Source: Lophium mytilinum (taxonomy: Eukaryota). From it: a DNA stretch of 64,000 bases. Shown here piece after piece: positions 11,101 to 21,970 of the stretch; position 1 is the stretch's first letter, and every line of letters starts with the position of its first letter. The notes under the pieces were generated by a model, which had not been told where the DNA came from, did no database searches, and was given only the letters and a program-made list of their open reading frames with translations. The stretch is taken from assembly GCA_010093605.1 (NCBI GenBank), contig MU004181.1, positions 1,240,001 to 1,304,000 of the forward strand, given 5' to 3'. Made by a program: the position numbers and the translations under genes.

Positions 11101-12738
11101 GCCAAACTCAGAATGTGAAAATAGATCAACATCGTGAGTTTCTCTGAGCTGTGATGACGAAGCAATTGCGACAGCAGCAAGTGCATGCGGCACTGCTCCG
11201 GGTAGCCAGCAGTGAACTGCTGAGAGCTGCATCTGCGCCCGGAGGGCGCCCCTAAGATCATCGAGGTTGAATCTGCCGAACACCTCCAGGTCCCGAGATC
11301 CGCAAAGTGATATTCCAGGAACCATCTCGAAGGCTAAAAGTGATAAAGGTCGGTGGCTGCAAAGAGACGAGTGTTACGCGATACGGAGCACCAGCAAGCA
11401 AAATTGCGTATACGAAGATCCCTGTTTGTTGCTGGCGCCCAAAGATCTTCGACCCGGTGCTATTGATGCCCAACGCAGAGCCGCAAGACCCGAATCACGT
11501 TCCCTCCTCGCCATTGGAACCCGGATCATCGCAGCGGCAGGTCATCAATCATCAATCGTGATACTGTATGGACACAGGGTCGTTCCATGAATCCCCGGAA
11601 TTATATGCGTGATGAGGTTGTTGTGGGAGGTGGCAGAGTGCCGCAAATTTTTCAAGGTCGATGGATTTCGAATGACTAAGTGGCCTCATCAAACAGAGCA
11701 AACATTGTCAAAACAAGCGCTAACCTAAGCGGTCCTCGGAAATTCGAGGCTCAGAATATCAACAATATAATCATCTTTAGATTGTTTTACACGGCCATCA
11801 TGATGTGGAAAAGCATGTTACAGGCGTGCTACATCTTTGGAAGACAATGGCACAAAAGGGGTACAAAAGAGCCTGATGACCCCTCAACGCGCCAACCAAT
11901 CACGTGACTAGTATCAACTCCACGATCTTCCGATACTTGTGTCAAGCACGTAAAGGTATATGGCTGTTTGCTTACTCTTGTTAGTCCCAAATCGAGTCTT
12001 TGTCATTGCGGAAAGTTCCCGTATCACAAACTTCTCTGTTCTTCGCTGAGACAGTATGTTCGTTCCCTAGAATACTGCGTTGAATGGCATGACTGTCAGT
12101 CATATCAGTGTGCTCGGCCTCAATCCTATCAGAAGCTATACGTGCCACCTGGCGTATTGAAGATTCTCGCCAGTTAGGTAACTCGCAATAAAGATAATTC
12201 TCCATGTCCTACATATCATCTACGTCATCATTGTCCGAACAATGCCTACCAGAAGCATTGTGGCATAGTCAACTGGGTCACAAATTACACACTTTCATGT
12301 TTGAGGAACGAGATAAGGCGTATCCACTTCCGTTAATCCACATAACTCTATATCAGCCCATTTCGATGGCTATGAGTGGAATAGTAAACTCTGGTAGAGG
12401 CTAGCATCCGGCGATGACCCTGACATATGTAGCTATCCCACGATCGGCGAAATCTACCCCAAAGCCCTCTGCTTGCTTACATACAGTATCACCCCACTAT
12501 CTCGGAAACATAATCACCGTTCTCTCATTGGCTTTGTCTAGGTGCTATGTCATGACTTCCGCTCACCTTCCCATATGCAGTCTTATTTTACATACGCGAT
12601 AGTCACAAGCCAACGCCTAGAATGCGGGGAACACGCTTTTGATTGGCACGATTCGTAGACCTTCCGTCACGTCAACCAAAACATTGGCTTAGAGCTCTTA
12701 TGAGATACTGCCGTGGATGAGTCCGTTTTGTCAGCCTC

Positions 12739-12747
12739 TATATATAC
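12739..12747 (+). promoter_or_regulatory. TATA-like box of the small conserved gene at 12850
   Basis: TATATATA about 105 nt upstream of CACCATG, followed by an A/C-rich leader. Confidence 0.5.
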
Positions 12748-12849
12748 TATCATACTCCCTAGACTGTCAAAACGTCCTACAGTCAACTCCAAGCCTATCA
12801 AACCTACTGCTGTATTTAAACACACAAAGACCACAAGACAACATCCACC

Positions 12850-13263
12850 ATGCCTAACAACCCCTTTCAACAAAAGTACTCCACTCAAAGCCACAAGGTC
12901 TTCGCGGAGATGCCAGCCATGCCCGAAGCTCCAGCTGCTCCCGCCGAGGCGAGAAGGTCTATGGAGGCTACGTCCTCACCACCTGGCCGTCGACGGGTAG
13001 GTTCACGCAATTCTCCATACTATTCTGTCAACTTTCACTAACACTTGCAGTCTTCCGCCACCGCCCGCTTCGCGAACCTCGAAGCGCTTAAGCACCCAAA
13101 TACTGAGGAGGCCGCCGCTCGCAGAGCGGGAATGGCGGATCACAAAATTGGTAACCCGGGAGTTATTGGGAACCTTTGGAATAGCTGGACTCGGGGATCG
13201 ACTACGGTGACAAAAGAAATGCCGGGTGCGAATGGAAAGAACTCCTCGACGTCGAGCAAGTGA
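12850..13263 (+). CDS. Small conserved fungal protein, 119 aa (often annotated conidiation-specific expression protein); exons 12850-12996, 13051-13263
   Basis: Intron GTAGGT..CTAAC..GCAG joins GRRR|SSATARFANLEALK..ARRAGMAD..GVIGNLWNSWTRG, the RRRSS..F..L..K..ARR..G.IG..W..RG pattern of this family. Confidence 0.75.
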
Positions 13264-13685
13264 TCGAGATTACGCTTTAGTTTGGAAAAGATGTGTAGCG
13301 TTTGAGGGCAGCGTTGTCTGGGATGACCTTTTACTTATTTGGATGGAGTAATGTTGCGACCGGACGGTTTAAATGTACTATTATGTACCGCAGCGACTTC
13401 GATCAGTCAACTTAAAAAAGTTACTAAACGTACCTTTGTCTCTAAATTAAGTCGTCGAGATCTGAGCACACTCTTCTATCACTGCTCGCGACGCGTTAAT
13501 GTCTTTCTGTGTACGCATTCGTGGCGCCGTCTGAAATCGCTTCTTACGGTTACCAGTACATTTGTCCGAACCGAATTTGTGAACGCCTTTCGAGGCGCGT
13601 TGCATAGTGGAAGACAGGTGTACATGGATACAGGCAAGGTATTTTAACATAATAACTCATGATTTGCTGTCGTAAAGTGTCATAC

Positions 13686-14966
13686 CTAATCGAAGGGCAC
13701 CCTCCGCAGTCCACCAACGCCTAACCGCTTTCTCATTTCCTGAGCAGCACCTACACTGCTCGGAACCTTGATCCCACAGCAGTCTCCCCAAGAGCTCGGA
13801 CTGTGCACATGCCGCATCCCATCCTTCATCACCACTACCTCTCCGCCTTCAGCTTCTTCCTCTTCCGACGGCACACCATAGTCATCTTCGGTGCTCATGC
13901 CCTCCACCGCTGGCACCAGCGAGCCAAAAAGGAAGTGCTGCATCACAGGCAACTTCTTTAGCACTTCTGCCACCAGCATCTTCCGCATGCCTCCCTCCAC
14001 CTTCTCCCAGTTCTTCGCCGCCGAGATGTCATCCAACATTGGCGAATGCCATCTCAGCCCCTCAACTGTCTTGACGCTGTTGACAAACGCAACCTGGTCT
14101 AGGTATATGTAATCCTTACTATTCTCCTCCAGTATTATAGCTTGGTGGATCGATTTGGGTCGAATGTAGGGATGATGTAGTAGCTGCGAGGAGCCGAATA
14201 GGAAAGGCAGAAACTGGTAGTCATCGAGGCCCCAGACACCATGTGAGCCAGCGGGCTCGAGGTAGTATGTCGACTGCACCGCACGCATGAGCCTTAGGTA
14301 GCGTGGGAAGACGACCAGGACAACGGCGGGGAAAGTGGCGGGAGGCAGGTGGCCCAAACGGTTCAAGCATAGCAGCCAAAGGAAGAAGTTGAGCTCGTGT
14401 CCGGAACCATAATCGATACGAGTGCGGTTGCCAAAGCTGTTAGAGAGATAGACGGAGACCTCGTTGATAGCTGTGTCATCACTAAGGCCTAAACTCTGAT
14501 GCCAGAGCGGTTGTGCGGCTTCGACTTCATCCAGGAAGACGCGAAAGGCTTTGTTGCCGAAGCGCGATCCACCTGCATCTTCTGGTGGGCAGTTTTGTAG
14601 TACGCCTTCGGCAAGGTCGAGGACGTGGAGGACACTGGTGATGGAGGACGGGAGATTTGTTTGGTCGACGGCAGAAACGGGTGTGTCGCGGACGCAGTCG
14701 GCGAGGGAGAATATGAAGGAGAGGAGTAGTGTGTATGTCGGCGAGGCTAGAAAGATCTCATGATCTTGGGGAGATAATATGCGCCTGCTCGGGCGGATGT
14801 ATTGCCAGTTCTCGAGCGACGGTGGTGGAGGGAGCGGCGGGGCTGTTGGAGGCGGGCTTGTCTGTTCGGGTTGTGCCTTTGGCTTCGAGCGAGGTATGAG
14901 ACGAGGGAGCTTCGCGGACAGGTCTGGCGGATGAGAGGATACAGAAGGTGGATCTAGAAGTGCCAT
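13686..14966 (-). CDS. RRD2: Serine/threonine-protein phosphatase 2A activator (PTPA) 2, 426 aa, single exon
   Basis: SRFGNKAFR, SFGNRTRIDYGSGHELNF, YYLEPAGSHGVWGLDDYQFLPFLFG, EVLKKLPVMQHFLFGS; C-terminal WGDCCGIKVPS..VPFD is typical of the Rrd2 paralogue. Confidence 0.93.
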   Translation of the reverse strand: MALLDPPSVSSHPPDLSAKLPRLIPRSKPKAQPEQTSPPPTAPPLPPPPSLENWQYIRPSRRILSPQDHEIFLASPTYTLLLSFIFSLADCVRDTPVSAVDQTNLPSSITSVLHVLDLAEGVLQNCPPEDAGGSRFGNKAFRVFLDEVEAAQPLWHQSLGLSDDTAINEVSVYLSNSFGNRTRIDYGSGHELNFFLWLLCLNRLGHLPPATFPAVVLVVFPRYLRLMRAVQSTYYLEPAGSHGVWGLDDYQFLPFLFGSSQLLHHPYIRPKSIHQAIILEENSKDYIYLDQVAFVNSVKTVEGLRWHSPMLDDISAAKNWEKVEGGMRKMLVAEVLKKLPVMQHFLFGSLVPAVEGMSTEDDYGVPSEEEEAEGGEVVVMKDGMRHVHSPSSWGDCCGIKVPSSVGAAQEMRKRLGVGGLRRVPFD

Positions 14967-15223
14967 GGTATATGGTGGCAAGGTTTGGTGGTTGTTTGCT
15001 ACAAGAAGCTGGAGATGGTGCTATGCACGATAAATCAATGCCCTGCATAAATTAACTCCGATCGGCCCGATTACCCGCGCCCTAGTCTCTTCACCACTCC
15101 TTTCACCTTCGTCGCCGTTCACGTGGTAGTACAAGAGGTTCGTAGCACCAAGGGGTGGGTTTGGGGTGAGTCTTTCTTCGGTTTTCCCAGCAGAGGTATG
15201 TCTCGTGTCTTGAAAGTGGTCTA

Positions 15224-15448
15224 CAGCGCCTGCGCGGGTCCGGTGAACTAGCGCAGATTTCAGCTACCAAAGTAAGCTGTAAAAGTGGTATAATCCGAAA
15301 AGTAACAGTTCGCGGTACCGTTTTTTTGGACGACTCAGCATAGCCTTGTTAAGAACCAGTCAAGAAAGTTGCTTCCTCCGTTCTAATACCATATATTCTG
15401 GCTGTGGCTTCAAATCCGCGCTAGTTCATCGGACGGGCGCAGGCGCTG
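15224..15448. mobile_element. MITE (225 bp), ~40-bp imperfect TIRs, TA target-site duplication (Tc1/mariner-like)
   Basis: TA|CAGCGCCTGCGCGGGTCCGGTGAACTAGCGCAGATTT at the left end; the right end reverse-complements to TA|CAGCGCCTGCGCCCGTCCGATGAACTAGCGCGGATTT. No ORF inside. Confidence 0.85.
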
Positions 15449-15801
15449 TATATATTAGAGATGTGTGACTTAGCTTTGGTGCGACTTCGTTCGTGTGTGG
15501 AAGGTTGGGTGAGTTTGGGGAGATAGATTTATCGCGTAGTGGTCTTAAGAATTCGGTTCGATTCTAATTATCTCATACCTCATGCACATTCATATTTGTC
15601 AAAGATGAGCGTGCAGTACGCAATCATTTAAGCTTGTGCGCATATTCCCACATACCTGCTCGAGCCACCTCAATCAAGGGGAATAGTTTCAAATCAAAAG
15701 GGAAAGTAGCTCTGATTTCAGTCTATCTGAGTGAAATCTGTGAGTACGGTCCCGAGGAGGTCTCCCAGTGAACGACAAACTATCTTGAGGATAGCGATTA
15801 A

Positions 15802-17840
15802 CTAACACGATGAAGTTGCTGTCCCATTCTCCAACAACACCACGGCTTTCCCAAGAATCGTGCCTTCTTCCTGGCCACGGTCATGCCCCGGTCGCAAAAA
15901 GTTTCTGCATTGCACCACTATCCTAGAAACATCTAACCTTTTCACATCTGCCTGATCTGCCGCCGCCAGAGTCTCTGCAGGATACGAGTACAGTGCAGGG
16001 AACAAGCACAGTCTGACTTTCCTGTGGCTCTTTTTGCTCATACCCCTGATCTCTGCTCCCTCTTTGGTCTCAGCTATCATGTTCGCTGGATTGAATGGAG
16101 TGCCTGGCTCGAACGTCTTCATCTCGTAACGGTGTGTGGTGAGTATGAGGTCGGTTTTCAGTTTGAGTGCTTTCTGGAATAGCTCTTCGCACCCCAAGTC
16201 GATACCCTCTTCGTCTTTTTGGTCCCAGGTTGCCATCCCGTCCGCCGGACTGTCCGGAGTAGTGCGAGGAAAGAAAGGCGCTAGAAGTTCTTGAAATCTG
16301 GCTGTCAACTCCGTAGTCTTGTCCACGAGGACGTGCTCTTGGAAATATTGGGCCGTGAGTAGAGACTCTGTAGCAGCGAAGTCAAGGTTTCGGACAAGGC
16401 GAGGTCCGTCTGCTTCTTGTTAGTCACGTCGTCTGAGAGTTCTAGTCTTCGATGCTAACTGATTTGATTGAAGCATTCACTAACCTTTCTGCCCGAGTAA
16501 TTTATTTCGATACATCGCTAAAAGTTCCGACTCTTGATCATCCAAATTATAGAAATCGGATTCGAAAACCCATTCGCGGAAAATTGTCGCTGTCAAAGCA
16601 CGGAGAACGTTGTGTGCTCCCACATCCTTCGCAGATTCAGTGATCTGTTCCTCGATGGGGACTGTTTCCAGCGTGATTGAAAGACTTTGTCGAAGGATAG
16701 CCGCTGTGTTTGGGTCAAGTCCTGAACCAATGAGACTCTCTGGGAAGGCGATATTGCTCCTGTGTGACCAAGCTTTTGCACGGTCTCCAATATATCCAAT
16801 GGTTTCGGCTATGCTTCGAAAAGAAATATGTGGGGTTGGTTCGAGTAGGGTGATCTTCTGGCACTCGTAGAGCTGGCGCTTCAGATGGGTTATCGTCTCT
16901 TCGTTCTCCTTGATGGCTTGTATTCGCTTAAGTTCCGGGTGTTTCATTGCGACTTTCCAGCAATCGTCTTTATCTTTTATACTTGTTTGAAAGTCCGTAA
17001 ATCCACGGGATATCCGCGAAATCTGGTTGAAAAGCTGCGTGTTCGATCTGCGGAGGAGCTCATTATGCTCTGTAAGTGCTGATAGGATCCTATTATGCTC
17101 TCTGAGCACGATTTCGCGTTCTCTGATCACACTGGCATCCTTTGTGATCCATTCTTGGAGGGTCGAAAGGAGAGCTTCGGCACTTGAGATATAACCATAC
17201 TTTTCTCGGAATTCTTTATCGAGAAGGTCGAGTGCTGAAGTCCTGACCAGTTCCTGCCTCTTGAATTTAGTGGTCTATACAAGATGTTAAAGAGTAAGGG
17301 AAGGGGACCACATACCGGCAGTCTGACTCTCTGACGACCGACTCCTTCCTCTTCGATTCTGAGGTGGAATTGGCCGCCGCCCTGCTCTAGCATGGGCGGA
17401 GCTGTAATACTCAGTCTTCGAGCACCGATCTGAAGCGGTTCTGTTCTCGGACTACTCGATTTTGATCTTGTTCTGCTCCTAAGATGCCCCTCCCTGTGAA
17501 ATAACTCAGACTTGGCTTCACGGAACGCCATTTTCTCGTCATCGTCGAAATAGTCCAGGTTAAGGCATTGTGTGCCTCTTCTGATGATGTCCAGCCTGTT
17601 GGTCCCATATTGACCCATTCTGTCCCACAATCTTTTCATCTTGTTCTCGATGGCATCGTATCTGTAGTTTTTCTGGGGCCATTTTTGCGTCAACTCTAGA
17701 ACTACTGTCTCCTTGAAGTTCAGTCCTCCCTCGTAACATCGGTCGGCCCAAGCGAGAAGGGCAGCTACTTCATGGGTAGACCATCTAACCGGTTTTCGTC
17801 GTGGAGCTCCCTTTGAGCGCCTGTGCTTCGATGTGCCCAT
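15802..17840 (-). CDS. Uncharacterised 640-aa protein: N-terminal Myb/SANT-like helical domain, central coiled coil, possible GrpE-like C-terminal domain; exons 17840-17316, 17274-16485, 16409-15802
   Basis: Three ORFs joined in frame by introns GTATGT..TAG and GTTAGT..CTAAC..CAG (1923 nt). RWSTHEVAALLAW..AIENKMKRLW resembles Myb/SANT; heptad-rich stretch around NEETITHLKRQLYE. Domain calls are by eye. Confidence 0.8.
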
Positions 17841-18225
17841 ATCGAGTTCTTCCTGGAGCTGAGAAAGGGAATGCCGTCGATACTGAGTCTCAGACCTGCG
17901 AGGTAGAATGCCAAAGTCAATTGTAAATGCTTCCTTTCGCAGCTATTTAGTCTATGCTCGCCTTGTAACACAGTACCACCCTCTCGCGGGCTGCTGCCTT
18001 TGTAACACAGCAATCAGCCCTGTCGCACAGTAACGCACAATCCCGTCTCAACAATTCATGAGCCATGGATCAGAGTCCTGGGCTTTCCTTTGATTCGCCA
18101 ATGCGTGCGGCGAGCCTTCTTGCTGCGTGACAATCGCTGGGTGCGCCGAAAAACTCAGTCGATTCTGCTCTTGTATTTGTTCCCCCGGTTCCGCTTGATA
18201 CTGCTCTTCGCCGCCAACTCCTCAA

Positions 18226-20803
18226 ATGGCTCCCCTCAGAGCTCCTCCGCGATATCCTAGCCGACACTCCACCCGCTCCATACCTCTTGCCTCAGAAGAT
18301 GTCGACATGACGGATGTCGACTCTCCACCAACGGAACCGTTGCCATCTCCAGAAAGGAAATTCTACATTGCGGTGGATTACGGCACGACCTATTCCGCGG
18401 TCTCGTTCGTCTCGTTAGAGCCAGGCGAAAACGCTGAGGCAGTCAAACCAGAAAGAATCCAAACGATTGTGAACTATCCTAAAGACCCCCGAGTTTACGG
18501 CCAGACTGCGAAGGAGGTGCCGACTGAACTCGCTTATTTGCCGCCCGCTAAACAACGGAACGATCTCGATGAAAGTGGAGAGCGATCACAACCGTGGCAA
18601 GGTAGTGTAGCGCAGAACCTTACATCGGAAGACGATGAGGACAGTGACGATGCTCCACCGTACGAAGATGACGACTCCGAAGATCATGCACCCTCTGAGA
18701 ATCTGCAGTGGGGGTACATGGTCCAGGACTCTCTTGGTCGGCCCAATGAGACGAGTCTCGCTGAGTTGAAGAAGGGGTGCTTTCGGCGCACAAAGCTGCT
18801 TCTCGATGATAGCGCGCATACCCAGCCAGCTCGCGACGAAATTTTGCGCGCAGTCCGGCATGTGAAGGGAATGAGAAGGATCAAGAAAAATGAGGAAGTG
18901 ATTATACACTTTCTTACCAACTTGTTCCGACACGTCAAGCACGAACTTGAAACGAACCATGGATACACAAACCAGTGTCCCGTCGAATTTATCCTGTGTG
19001 TGCCACCTATCTGGAGTAGTAAGGCTTCTCGGACGATGCACGATGCAATGGCGACCGCGTTGCGCAAGAGTAGGTTCATAAGCAGAGCCAGTAGAGGCGT
19101 GGACAATCTCTTCATTGTGTCTGAGCCTGAAGCTGCTGCAACGTTTATTCTTACCACATCGGAAGACAACCATAAGATCAGGGTACGTTATCGGCCTGCA
19201 TGTGTATCATCGGCGCTAATGTCTCCAGACTAACGACTCTTTCGTCCTGATCGATGCCGGTGGAGGAACGGTTGATGCGATAACCTATTCGGTCCAAGGG
19301 AGGACCCCAGATATAAGGCTCAAAAAAGAAGAAGTAATGGCTGACGGTAAGAAGAATAAACATGAGAGCTTGAAGGTAGACTGACTTGTAGGACAAGGTC
19401 GTTTGTGCGGATCCAGTTTCATCAATGAAAGATTCAAGGAACACGTCAAGGCCCGATTGGAGGACGAGGGGTACCTCGAGACTGGCAACGAAAGTATTGA
19501 TCAGATTATCGAAAGCGAGGCCGTCATGGGGAATTTTGAGCATAAGTTCAAAAGACAAATGAATTTTCGCAATAGAGCTCTCGCGAATCAGCGTTTCTAT
19601 ATTAGAGCACTGAGGCAGAACACGGGAAAGAACCTCGGTGAAGGGGCCTTTGATATCCTCCAGTAAGTTGATAAGTATCTGGGACCGCTGAGACATCTGG
19701 CTAAAGAAAGAATAGTAACGATTTTTGGAAAATATTCAAACCTTCGCTGCAGGGAGTTGCTTCCTTGATGGAATCCCAGCTAGATCTCGCGAGGGCGGCC
19801 AAGAATGGGTCGCTAGGTGTTGTTGAGGTGAGAAAAATAGAGGCACAACTGGTTTTGGTATACTGACATCTCTAAAGAAAGTTGTCCTTATCGGTGGCTT
19901 TGGGCAGTCTCAAGCACTGAGAGACCACCTCCAGAGAAAGTTGAAGGAAATAAACGGGAACCATAACTCACATGTTGAGCTTATCGCACCTTCAGTACAG
20001 TAAGCACCTTCTGTGACAAGAACGTCACCTGTAAACCTGACAGTGTCATACAGAAACGGCCCCGGAGTTGCGGTTGCGTCGGGGGCTGTCCTCCGTGCTC
20101 TTCATAAGAGGCGTGGCCCTGAACGGATTTTACGATCTAGTTACGGAATTCTCTTGAGGGAAATACATGACGAGGGCTTTCCCGGCCACAGAGAGGCGGC
20201 CACGCATCTTGATATTGATGGAGAGAACTGTGTCAATAATTCATTGGTGTGGCTCATCAAAAAGGTAGGCATCGGCCTTTCCAAAAAAGGTGCCGCCTCT
20301 TTCAGTACCTCGCTGACGCCTTGTGAACAGGGAATCACGATTTCGGGCAACCCTAAGAGTCGCCAATTTAGGCTACCGATGACCAAGATCATCAGCCTCA
20401 AGAGAGGAGAGTCTTTCGTCTGTACACAGACACTGTACGTATCGGACGTTAGTACAGAATCGCACTATCCGAAAAACCACCCAAAGAATAGAGGTAAGCA
20501 CACACCAAGAGGTATCACTCAACTGTCCCATGCTGACCACAAGAAGGAAACCACGAGACTGCGGGGAAAATCAAAGCCGACATGTCATTCCTCAAGAGAC
20601 AAAACCTGATACAACCTACTGTGCCAGATGAAGGACAAGCTGGGCGCCCGCACTACAAGGTTGAGTTCGAGATCGTGCTCGAGGTGATAGACCGGAACCT
20701 GTACTACAAGGCAGTATGGCCCGTTGGTAATGATGAAGGCGTGCTTCCCGGATCCGAGGGATGGACCAATATAGCTGCAGCATTTCCTCCAGGCGCCAAT
20801 TAA
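18226..20803 (+). CDS. Atypical Hsp70-superfamily (actin-like ATPase, HSPA12-like) protein, ~734 aa, 8 exons (18226-19182, 19229-19346, ~19398-19662, 19716-19827, 19878-19999, 20054-20264, 20331-20493, ~20547-20803)
   Basis: Phosphate-1 IAVDYGTTYS, connect-1 SEPEAAA, phosphate-2 LIDAGGGTVD, LCGSSFINERF, adenosine VVLIGGFGQS and AVASGAV motifs. All seven introns are GT-AG with consistent phases. No EEVD tail. Confidence 0.9.
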
Positions 20804-21970
20804 TAGATTAGATTGGATGTGGATAGGGATTGAGGATGGTTCAGCTTCTGTGATAATTCGCTCGTCGTAGAAGCTAGACAGTATTTTACAAGCAGCACCT
20901 AAGAAAAGCACGTAATGAGCTTGAATGAAACAATACTTTGCCTTGGCTAGAGTGCGAAAACCGTGGACGAGAAACATCGAGCTCCACGGGCCTGCTTTTT
21001 AATTTTGGCAATGAAAGGGTATGGTGGTGGCAGCTGCTTTTCACGAAGGACCAAGTAAAGGCCACCGTGTCCAAATGGAGCTTTGGCGCGGCAAGGGTAG
21101 AGTCGCGTCGCTGCTCATTTATCTAGTTAGTTACTACAGCTCTTCCTCGCTCAAATCATTAGCATTTGATTGAACACAAGTAGCTATGCTTCAATTACGC
21201 GTACCTACCATGAATTACTGCGCCGAAGGCCTCAGCTGTGGTGCTGGTGCATCTCACAGCCACGACACTCATCCTTAGGTAGCATGCCGCTACCACCAAA
21301 ATACCAAATCAGCTCTTCCCAGGTTTGACCCAGCGCCATCATGTTCAACCTTTTCGAGATTCGTGAGGCCTCTCTCATGCTTCCCATCGCATTCGTCTAT
21401 GGTCTCTACAACGTCCCAGGTTTCTTCATGCGGTAATTCCAGTACTCGAATAAGTTAGGCTTGGGCACACATTCCCGTTACAAGCTTCACACGTCTTCAA
21501 AATCCCGTATGTGGACCAGGCGCCCTGACCAAAGGCAAACCCACATGATTATACTCATTTAGAGCTACTCTGGTTTTTCAAACGCGCTGGGCACCTCACA
21601 CGGTAACGATGAAGATTCAATGGTCTTTGGACTTTGGTGCATCACGTATGGAGCAGGCATCTCAAAGGTAGTGGTGCTTCCGTTCTTTTTGTGAATAGAA
21701 CAGTTTGTCATAGCCCGAGTATATCACACAGCCCGTAAGCAAAGCAGCGTGGGGAGCTTACTGTTGGTCTGAGACGGTGAACCTCAGTATTATTGAAACT
21801 TAGTACTAGCAGATAAGTGTGCACGGATTCATGGTAAAGAAGTATAGCCTTTAGACCCAAGGAAACCATCACACGATCCTTGAAGCAGGGGGTGTAGGGG
21901 TACTGGGGTTCTGAGTTTGGTCTATCTGAATGAATTCTGTGACTACTGTCCGGAAGTTGTAGCGTCGTCG

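Noticed and set aside
15520..15574. tRNA-like fragment (GCGTAGTGGT..GGTTCGATTC with pairing ends)
   Set aside because: The A- and B-box-like motifs are only ~12 nt apart; no anticodon arm or cloverleaf can be formed.
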